Source of the DNA: Bacteriovoracaceae bacterium
Lineage (GTDB): Bacteria; Bdellovibrionota; Bacteriovoracia; Bacteriovoracales; Bacteriovoracaceae
Direction of reading: 5' to 3'
DNA length: 64,000 nucleotides
Assembly (NCBI GenBank): GCA_048270185.1
Contig: JBLWTJ010000003.1
Coordinates: 96,001 to 160,000, forward strand
A model generated the notes under the pieces. It saw only the letters and a program-made list of their open reading frames with translations, did not search any database and was not told the origin of the DNA. The position numbers were made by a program, and so were the translations under genes. Below are positions 56,923 through 64,000 of the stretch, piece by piece; the first letter of the stretch is position 1, and the number at the start of each line of letters is the position of its first letter.

Positions 56923-59401
56923 AATGGTCTTAAGGGAGCTTCGTTCAAGCCCCGTCTTCTTTTTAATATTTGTTTTAAACCTATCAATCGGAATGGTTGG
57001 GCTCTCTACAATTGAAGTCTTTAAGGCCTCTTTTGATAGCGCTCTTAGCGCAAAGTCTAAGTCTCTTTTAGGTTCGGATATTTCTGTCAGCTCTCGTATC
57101 GCTATCACTAAAGATAGTGAAGAGATTGCTCAAACTAATCTCGACTACAGTGAGATGACTCGCAATCGCTCTCTCTATTCGATGCTCTTTAATGGAGAAA
57201 AGTCTCGCTTAGTAAATGTTAGAGGTCTAGGAGAAGGTTTTCCTTATTACGGAGAGATCAAGGCCAAAAGTGGCAAGAGTTTTAAAGAGATTAAAGATAA
57301 TGAAGTCTTTATTTACCCTGAGCTAGTTGGACAACTAGGCCTTGAAGTTGGAGGTACTGTAAAGATTGGAACAAAGGTCTTTAAAGTTGCTGGCATTGTG
57401 GAAGAAGATGGTTCGGCAGGCTTTTCTATGGGGCAACTTGCACCAAGACTCTATCTTAAAAATGAAGTTTTAAATGAGACGAACCTTATTAAACCTGGTT
57501 CGACTTTGTGGCGTTCAATGCACTTTAAGCTTAAAAAGAACCACGACGACAAAGAACTTAGAATAATTGAAAAGAATCTCGAATCAAAAATAATTGATTC
57601 TTCGATTCGAATTCGTTCTCCTAAGTCTAATTCGGAAAGAGTTGGACGTTCCATGGACTACCTCAGTGACTTTCTAGGGCTTGTTTCTCTGTGTGGATTA
57701 TTTCTAGCAGGTCTTGGTCTAATCTATTTATTTCGCGGCTTCTTACTTAAGAGAAGAAAGGATCTGGCCATTCTAAGCTTTATTGGAATGAAGAAGAAGG
57801 ATATCTTTAAGATTTATACACTAAAGTTACTTCTGCTTGGCCTTGTGGGATCACTTCTAGGAATTATTATCGGAAGTGCATTTGGCCCAGTCATTCAAAC
57901 TATGATTAGTAAGAATCTTGGCATTGATATAAAACTTAAGTTTAGCTTTGTGACTTTCTTTGTCACTATGACCGTAGGGGTTGCCTCAACTGTTGTACTT
58001 TCTCCTGCCTTGATCATCCCTTATCTTCGTCTTGATCAGAAGGCCTTATTTGAACACGACTCAAGTCTTTCAAAGAATTTCTATGACTATCTTCTCTATA
58101 TTCCAATTATTCTCTTTTATTGGGGGATGGCCATTTACTTAAGCTCTAGCGTGGTTATAGGCAGTGCCTTTATTGGAGTCTTCTTAGTCATTTTAGGCGT
58201 TTTCTTTCCTCTTGGGAGTTTCTTATTAGAGAGATTTAGTAGGCTCAATCTAAGGCTTAATTTGTCTTCAAGTATGGCCTTTAAGTACGTTACTCGCCAT
58301 AAGGTTTCAACTCTCTTTATCTTCTTATGTCTCTTTATTTCAACGAGCTTAATGACTCTTATTCCTTCGGTTAAAAATATTATTGGGGCCGAGCTCTCAA
58401 TGCCGGCCGAAGAAAGACCGATCTACTTCCTCTTTGATATTCAGCCCGAGCAAGTCGATGAGTTAAAAGAATTTATCAGCGATAAGAAGTTAGATATTTT
58501 AAATTTAAGCCCAATGGTTCGCGGCCGATTAGTTAAGATTAATGGGGAAGGCTATAAACCTCAAGAAGGTGAAAATCTTACTCGTGAAGAACAACGAGAA
58601 CAAAGAAGCCGCAACCGAAGCTCTAACCTCAGTTATCGTGATCATCTCGTGCGTGGAGAAGAGATTATCGAAGGCCGCTTACCTCAAAAATTTGATTTTG
58701 AAAAAGATGAGTTTGCAGAAGTTGGACTCGAGTATCGATACGCTAGTCGCTTAGGTGTGAAACTTGGCGACGAACTTGAATATAATGTTCTAGGGATGCC
58801 AATCCTAGCAAAAGTCGTTGCCCTTAGATCAATTCGTTGGACAAGCTTTCTACCTAACTTCTTTATTTCTTTCGGACCAGGTGTACTTGAAGATGCGCCA
58901 AAGACTTATATTGCAGCAATAGGTATGGGAAGTGCTATTGTTAATGATGAGCTTCAATCTCAATTCGCTCAGAAATTTCAAAATGTTTCTCTCATTGATA
59001 TTCAAAGCTCTCTTAAAAGAGTTGCTGCTATTATGGAGAGTATTACAAAGATTCTTGTTACCATGAGCTTCATTGTCTTCTTAGTGGGACTTCTTGTTAT
59101 CTACTCGCTTATCTCACACCAACTTGAATCACGTCGTAGTGATATTTCACTTTTAAATATTATTGGAATTCGTTACCGAGATATTAGAAAGTCCATTATG
59201 AAAGAGATGGCCTTAATGTCTCTTAGTGCTGTGGTTGTAGGAGTTGTCTTAGGACAACTTGTGACTTTTGCCGTAGCAAAACTTCAATTTGATTTGAATT
59301 ATGTCTTTAGTGGATTTGAGATTTTTAGTTTTGCGATTTTAATAATTGTTCTATCGATCTTAATTTCATTTTCTTCTTTTACTCGTTTTATTCGCAAATA
59401 A
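56897..59401 (+). CDS. ABC transporter permease (YbbP/FtsX-like)
   Basis: FPYYG, FLFDIQPEQ, PMVRGRL, PNFF; two FtsX-like halves. Start codon uncertain. Confidence 0.88.
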   Translation: MESLVLKLRMVLRELRSSPVFFLIFVLNLSIGMVGLSTIEVFKASFDSALSAKSKSLLGSDISVSSRIAITKDSEEIAQTNLDYSEMTRNRSLYSMLFNGEKSRLVNVRGLGEGFPYYGEIKAKSGKSFKEIKDNEVFIYPELVGQLGLEVGGTVKIGTKVFKVAGIVEEDGSAGFSMGQLAPRLYLKNEVLNETNLIKPGSTLWRSMHFKLKKNHDDKELRIIEKNLESKIIDSSIRIRSPKSNSERVGRSMDYLSDFLGLVSLCGLFLAGLGLIYLFRGFLLKRRKDLAILSFIGMKKKDIFKIYTLKLLLLGLVGSLLGIIIGSAFGPVIQTMISKNLGIDIKLKFSFVTFFVTMTVGVASTVVLSPALIIPYLRLDQKALFEHDSSLSKNFYDYLLYIPIILFYWGMAIYLSSSVVIGSAFIGVFLVILGVFFPLGSFLLERFSRLNLRLNLSSSMAFKYVTRHKVSTLFIFLCLFISTSLMTLIPSVKNIIGAELSMPAEERPIYFLFDIQPEQVDELKEFISDKKLDILNLSPMVRGRLVKINGEGYKPQEGENLTREEQREQRSRNRSSNLSYRDHLVRGEEIIEGRLPQKFDFEKDEFAEVGLEYRYASRLGVKLGDELEYNVLGMPILAKVVALRSIRWTSFLPNFFISFGPGVLEDAPKTYIAAIGMGSAIVNDELQSQFAQKFQNVSLIDIQSSLKRVAAIMESITKILVTMSFIVFLVGLLVIYSLISHQLESRRSDISLLNIIGIRYRDIRKSIMKEMALMSLSAVVVGVVLGQLVTFAVAKLQFDLNYVFSGFEIFSFAILIIVLSILISFSSFTRFIRK

Positions 59402-59403
59402 AA

Positions 59404-59425
59404 AAGGCGACCCTAGAGTCGCCTT
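59404..59425. terminator. Intrinsic terminator
   Basis: AAGGCGAC-CCTAGA-GTCGCCTT. Confidence 0.8.
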
Positions 59426-59443
59426 CGAGTAAGTATTGAAAAA

Positions 59444-60226
59444 TTACCAGTTATATCTTTCTGCACAGAAATAACGATAATTATTTGAGTAATAATTTAA
59501 GTCATCTCTTAGGTCTGCACACAGGTCATACCCAACAGAACAAGTGTAAGAGTAGAAAGTTCTCTCAACTGAGTCTGTGTAGCTATCAACAAGCTCATAA
59601 TTACATGAGTCGTATGAGCTGTAACGGTGACGGTATCCATTGTAGATAAAGTATGGATAGTCGTAATCCCAGTAGTAACCATCAGAATATGAAACAGATA
59701 CTCTTAGCCAGCGGTTATTGTAGACATAGATTGGTCTAACTGTTCGGTGGTAGTCACGTGGAATTCTCCAAGTGCGGTTATGTCTTACGTGATCACGGTA
59801 TGGAGTGTGACGATAGCGAGTGTAGGTACGAGTTGGTCTTGTTGTTGTGCGACGGTCGTCATATCTTCTATCATCGTAGCGTCTATCATCATATCTTCTG
59901 TCGTTATCACGTGTGCTTCTTCTATCATCATATCTTCTATCGTTATCACGCGTGCTTCTTCTATCATCATATCTTCTGTCGTTATCGCGCGTGCTTCTTC
60001 TATCGTCATAGCGTCTGTCATTATTGCGTGAGCGACTATTAGTGTAGTCTGTGTTTCTGTTAGAACGTGAGTCTCTTGAGTAGTCACGATTTGTATTTCT
60101 TGAATCTCTTGAATCTCTTGAGTTAGATCCGCGACGATCTCTATCATCACGTCTACTATTGCGAGATTGTGCAAATGTCGTTGCTGTCAGTGCTGTAACA
60201 ACGAGTAAAAGAACTAATTTTCTCAT
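59444..60226 (-). CDS. Secreted Arg/Asp-rich low-complexity protein with a Tyr/Cys-rich C-terminal domain
   Basis: Signal peptide, RRYDDRRSTRDND repeats, 4-Cys C-terminus. Confidence 0.8.
   Translation of the reverse strand: MRKLVLLLVVTALTATTFAQSRNSRRDDRDRRGSNSRDSRDSRNTNRDYSRDSRSNRNTDYTNSRSRNNDRRYDDRRSTRDNDRRYDDRRSTRDNDRRYDDRRSTRDNDRRYDDRRYDDRRYDDRRTTTRPTRTYTRYRHTPYRDHVRHNRTWRIPRDYHRTVRPIYVYNNRWLRVSVSYSDGYYWDYDYPYFIYNGYRHRYSSYDSCNYELVDSYTDSVERTFYSYTCSVGYDLCADLRDDLNYYSNNYRYFCAERYNW
59882..60028. repeat. 39-bp coding tandem repeat, 3 units plus a partial
   Basis: Units start at 59882, 59921, 59960 and 59999 (TCTATCATCATATCTTCTGTCGTTATCAC...). Confidence 0.9.
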
Positions 60227-60400
60227 GGAAATTTCCCCCTAAATAAATAAAGATTTTATTTTTGATATCCTAGGGGCAAAGCTTTTTAAATTTAATTATC
60301 TTCTTAATTATTTTTAGGAGAATTCTTACAGCAAATTTTATGGGATTTTGGCTAGTTAGGAAAATTTCTTACAGTGCTGTGGGCCAAATAGTGGCAAAAA

Positions 60401-60440
60401 GGCCTCTTTTGATACTAGGTGATCCAGTAACAAAAGAGGC
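60401..60440 (-). terminator. Intrinsic terminator of the ABC-F gene
   Basis: GGCCTCTTTTG...CAAAAGAGGCC with a minus-strand U-tract. Confidence 0.75.
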
Positions 60441-60451
60441 CATATATTAGA

Positions 60452-62047
60452 TTAGTTCTTTGATTTTAAGTAGTCGTCGTAGCTTATGTACTTATCTTCA
60501 AGGACTTTTCCTGTTTGCGAATCAATGTCAATAATACGATTGGCAACAGTTTGAATGAACTCATGGTCATGTGAAGTAAAGATGAGATTACCTTTAAATC
60601 TTGTGAAACCATCGTTGACTGATGTGATACTTTCTAGGTCAAGGTGATCTGTTGGACCGTCAACAAGAAGAACGTTTGCACCAGAGAGCATAAGCTTAGA
60701 CATCATACAACGAACTTTTTCTCCCCCTGAAAGAACATTTGTCTTCTTAAGGGCCTCTTCTCCTGAGAAGAGCATCTTTCCAAGGAAGCCTCGAATAAAT
60801 GTTTCATCCTTATTTTCTGAGTATTGTCTCAGCCAATTTACAAGGTCGTTCTTTCCGTCCATAAAGTAGCTTGAGTTATCTTTTGGAAAGTATGATTTTG
60901 TAATTGTTACTCCCCATTCAACAGTTCCTGAATCTGGCTCCATTTCACCCATTAGAATTTTCATCAGAGTTGATTTAGCAACATCATTCTCTCCAAGAAG
61001 AACAATCTTGTCGTCTTTGTTGATCATAAACGAGATATTATCAAGAAGCTTTACACCATCAATCGTCTTAGAAATGCCATCGACGCGCAGAATTTCTTTC
61101 CCTGCTTCACGCTTTGGATCAAATTGAACGAATGGGTACTTTCTCGTTGTTTTAGGTAGGTCATTAAGTTCAAGTTTTTCAAGTTGCTTTGCTCTTGAAG
61201 TTGCCTGAGAAGACTTTGAAGCGTTGGCCGAGAATCTTTGAATGAAGGCCTTAAGTTCTTTGGCTTTATCCTCAGCTTTCTTATTTTGATCGGCACGAAG
61301 TTTTTGAGCAAGCTCTGAAGACTTTCTCCAGAAATCGTAGTTACCTGCATATGTAGTAATCTTACCGAAGTCGATATCGGCAATGTGCGTACAAACTTTG
61401 TTTAAGAAGTGACGGTCGTGGGATACAACGATAACTGTCTTTTCATAATTTAAAAGGAAGCTTTCAAGCCACTGAATCGCCTTGATATCAAGGTTGTTTG
61501 TCGGCTCATCCAGTAGAAGAATATCAGGAGAACCAAATAGTGCCTGAGCTAGAAGAACCTTAACTTTTTCTGGCCCTGTCAGCTCTTTCATATATTTGTA
61601 GTGATATTCAGTTCCAATACCAAGTCCCGAAAGTAGAATTCCGGCTTCAGACTCAGCTTCATATCCATTCATTTCTGCAAATTCACTTTCCAGCTCAGCA
61701 GCCTTCATTCCATCTTCATCGCTGAAGTCTTCCTTCATATAGATGGCATCTTTTTCCTTCATAATTGAATAGAGTTTTTCATTCCCCATTAGAACTGCTT
61801 GAAGAACTTGCTCTTCTTCGTAAGCAAAGTGATCCTGTTTAAGAATTGAAAGTCTTTCACCTGGAGTGATATTTACTGAACCAGTATTTGGCTCTATTTC
61901 ACCTGAGAGAATTTTTATAAAAGTTGATTTACCAGCGCCATTGGCCCCAATTAAACCGTAGCAGTTACCTGGAGTGAATTTAATATTAACGTCATCAAAT
62001 AGCTTCTTGCCACCAAAGCTTAGAGCGATATTGGAAGTGGAAATCAT
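60452..62047 (-). CDS. ABC-F family ribosome-associated ATPase (YbiT/YkpA-like)
   Basis: Two ABC domains, GANGAGKS, LLDEPTNNLD, no TM segments, SANASKSSQATSR linker. Confidence 0.93.
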   Translation of the reverse strand: MISTSNIALSFGGKKLFDDVNIKFTPGNCYGLIGANGAGKSTFIKILSGEIEPNTGSVNITPGERLSILKQDHFAYEEEQVLQAVLMGNEKLYSIMKEKDAIYMKEDFSDEDGMKAAELESEFAEMNGYEAESEAGILLSGLGIGTEYHYKYMKELTGPEKVKVLLAQALFGSPDILLLDEPTNNLDIKAIQWLESFLLNYEKTVIVVSHDRHFLNKVCTHIADIDFGKITTYAGNYDFWRKSSELAQKLRADQNKKAEDKAKELKAFIQRFSANASKSSQATSRAKQLEKLELNDLPKTTRKYPFVQFDPKREAGKEILRVDGISKTIDGVKLLDNISFMINKDDKIVLLGENDVAKSTLMKILMGEMEPDSGTVEWGVTITKSYFPKDNSSYFMDGKNDLVNWLRQYSENKDETFIRGFLGKMLFSGEEALKKTNVLSGGEKVRCMMSKLMLSGANVLLVDGPTDHLDLESITSVNDGFTRFKGNLIFTSHDHEFIQTVANRIIDIDSQTGKVLEDKYISYDDYLKSKN

Positions 62048-62230
62048 AATTTGTCCTTATTTAAAATTGATAAACCTAACTTATTATATTTACTGCATTT
62101 AGTCTATGGATTTAGGGGATAGTTAAAGGGAAATTATTTTCAAGTAAAGCCACTTCATTTTCATAAAAAGATTTTTTTGACCGTGATAAAATCTGACCGT
62201 TTGAATTTTTGAAATTACAAGGAGTTAACG

Positions 62231-63187
62231 ATGAAGACCTATGTGTTGCTATCGGTTCTCTTCCTATTATCCTCTTTGTGGGCGCCGCAAGCACAAGCCG
62301 ATAATTCTAAGGTTAATCGTGTAGCAACTACTTATTTTATTAAGATCTCAAGTGATGGCCATCCCGCTGCCATGCTCGAATTACCTATTAATTATCGCTC
62401 CAAAGAAAAGTGGCCACTTATCATTAATGTCCACGGCTATACCGGCTCAATTTTCTTACAATACATTTTAACAAGATTATCTGTGTACAAAGATATTATG
62501 GGCTTTATGATTCTCACCCCCCAGGCCCGCAAGGATATTAAAGGAGACCGCTATTGGAACGGAGGGAACTTCTGTTGTGACTTCTATCAGTCAGGAGTGA
62601 GTGACACCCTCTATATTAAGAATCTTATCGATCATATTGATGCTAGCCCAAAGTATGGCCGAATAGATCGTAAGCGAATCTATTACTTTGGTCATTCAAA
62701 CGGTGGCTTCTTCTCCTATAAGATGGCCTGTGATTATCCTGATTATGTCACAGCAGTAGCAACCTTAGGAGCATCTCTTGACCTTCGTGATGAGAACGGC
62801 GAGATCATCGTCGAGCAAGACCCGTGTCCGGAAGTTAAGGCGACACCTGTCTTTCATATTCATGGAACTCGTGATGAAACGATTCCCTTTGCTGGACGAG
62901 ACTATGCCCCTCAATACTTATTTGGTCATATTGGAGCTGAAGAAGCCGTGGAGAAGTGGACGCTTCATAATCGTTGTAATACTGATCCCGATAAGTCACG
63001 CACTAATGCTACTTTCTTTGTGCGAGGAAGGGAGACAGTGATTGAAACTTACGGTGATTGTGAAGATGATGCCACAGTTAAATTTGCCATTGTTAAAAAG
63101 GGGAAACACTCTGAGCTGTTGAGATTTCACTTTTATAAGAAGGTTTTAAAATTCCTCCTTAAACAAAGAAATACTTCAGTTGAATGA
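62231..63187 (+). CDS. Secreted PHB-depolymerase/LpqC-like esterase
   Basis: HGY, WN...CC, GHSNGG nucleophile elbow, HGTRD. Confidence 0.85.
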   Translation: MKTYVLLSVLFLLSSLWAPQAQADNSKVNRVATTYFIKISSDGHPAAMLELPINYRSKEKWPLIINVHGYTGSIFLQYILTRLSVYKDIMGFMILTPQARKDIKGDRYWNGGNFCCDFYQSGVSDTLYIKNLIDHIDASPKYGRIDRKRIYYFGHSNGGFFSYKMACDYPDYVTAVATLGASLDLRDENGEIIVEQDPCPEVKATPVFHIHGTRDETIPFAGRDYAPQYLFGHIGAEEAVEKWTLHNRCNTDPDKSRTNATFFVRGRETVIETYGDCEDDATVKFAIVKKGKHSELLRFHFYKKVLKFLLKQRNTSVE

Positions 63188-63278
63188 ATTCATAATTAAG
63201 GTGCAAATTAATATTTCTTTTCTACTAACAGATTTTTAAAAGTCTATAATGAAAGAAATCAAGAGCAAGGTGGTTAAC

Positions 63279-63740
63279 ATGAGTAAGGAATACCAAATTA
63301 TCTACATCAGCGAGAAAACTAGTGAGTTCAAACCTGATAATGATTTAAATAAAATTATCTCATCTTCGTTTCGAAATAATAACGCCAGAGATGTAACAGG
63401 AGTTCTTATGTATAATGGCGGATTCTTCTTTCAAGTGATTGAAGGGAAGAAGGAAGATGTTGTCTATACCTATAATAAGATTATTCTTGATCCTAGACAT
63501 CAGAACGTCAATTTACTTGCGGATCGTGAAATTGAACATCGCAATTTTGAAGACTGGCCTTTGGCCTTGGTCAAACTAAGTGATGTTGATCTCGATGTGA
63601 TAGATCATATTGTTGCATGGAACGATCTTATTAACTATTCGCGCAAGCACGAGCAGATTTCTGAAGATAAGATTGACCGGTTAATTGAAGCACTTCGCTA
63701 TAAAATTGATATCGATACAGTATCAACGAAAGCAGCTTAA
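63279..63740 (+). CDS. BLUF-domain blue-light sensor
   Basis: IYISE, RNN, TGVLMY, FFQVIEG, DPRH, RNFEDW. Confidence 0.9.
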   Translation: MSKEYQIIYISEKTSEFKPDNDLNKIISSSFRNNNARDVTGVLMYNGGFFFQVIEGKKEDVVYTYNKIILDPRHQNVNLLADREIEHRNFEDWPLALVKLSDVDLDVIDHIVAWNDLINYSRKHEQISEDKIDRLIEALRYKIDIDTVSTKAA

Positions 63741-63777
63741 ACTTTCCTCGCACTTATTGGCATGGTAGAATTCTACC

Positions 63778-64000
63778 ATGAACGATAATGTGAAAATTGC
63801 CATTGTTGGAGGAGGCCCGGCCGGCCTCTTCTGCGCTTATGAATTATTAAACTCTGGCCTTGATAATATTGAAGTTAATCTCTACGAACAAACCGGTGGT
63901 GTTGGAAAGAAATTTCTAGTTGCCGGCAATAGTGGACTTAATCTAACTCATAGTGAAGATTTAGCAACTTTTGCTACTCGCTATGGAAAGAACCATGAAC
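63778..64000 (+). CDS. HI0933/BaiN-like flavoprotein (5' partial)
   Basis: MNDNVKIAIVGGGPAG...VGKKFLVAGNSGLNLTHSE; runs off the window. Confidence 0.85.
   Translation, partial: MNDNVKIAIVGGGPAGLFCAYELLNSGLDNIEVNLYEQTGGVGKKFLVAGNSGLNLTHSEDLATFATRYGKNHE

Noticed and set aside
59882..60028. Possible CRISPR array
   Set aside because: The repeats are contiguous with no unique spacers, are in frame within a CDS, and there are no cas genes.
59747..60174. Three alternative-frame ORFs over the R/D-rich gene
   Set aside because: They are by-products of the stop-poor tandem repeat. Only 59444..60226 has an RBS and a signal peptide.
676..63041. Numerous 60-130 aa antisense or nested ORFs in the track
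   Set aside because: They lie inside well-supported genes and have no RBS or recognisable motifs.

Overview
AT-rich bacterial chromosomal window with about 65 mostly intact genes. I saw no rRNA, tRNA, CRISPR array or transposase. The many signal-peptide hypothetical proteins and the promoter style suggest a Bdellovibrionota (Bacteriovoracia-like) genome, but that is inference only. Main blocks: (i) the 3' part of an aerobactin-type NIS siderophore operon with an IucA-IucB fusion and a small outer-membrane protein; (ii) a circularly permuted ATP-grasp ligase + M14 (AstE/AspA) hydrolase + stand-alone PqqD/RRE protein, divergent from proBAC, a Na+/proline symporter, MscS and a LysR regulator, with shared TTAG-N7-CTAA boxes (best candidate for an undescribed system); (iii) a metal-uptake operon headed by a CxxC...RAPP leader ORF; (iv) dba-dsbI; (v) housekeeping and stress genes (rlmN, yqjG, pirin, yebC, slyX, selO, srkA, acs, recQ, tesA-ybbA-ybbP, ABC-F, BLUF) among secreted unknowns. 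Many genes look leaderless, and a 211-bp element with imperfect terminal inverted repeats fills one intergenic gap.
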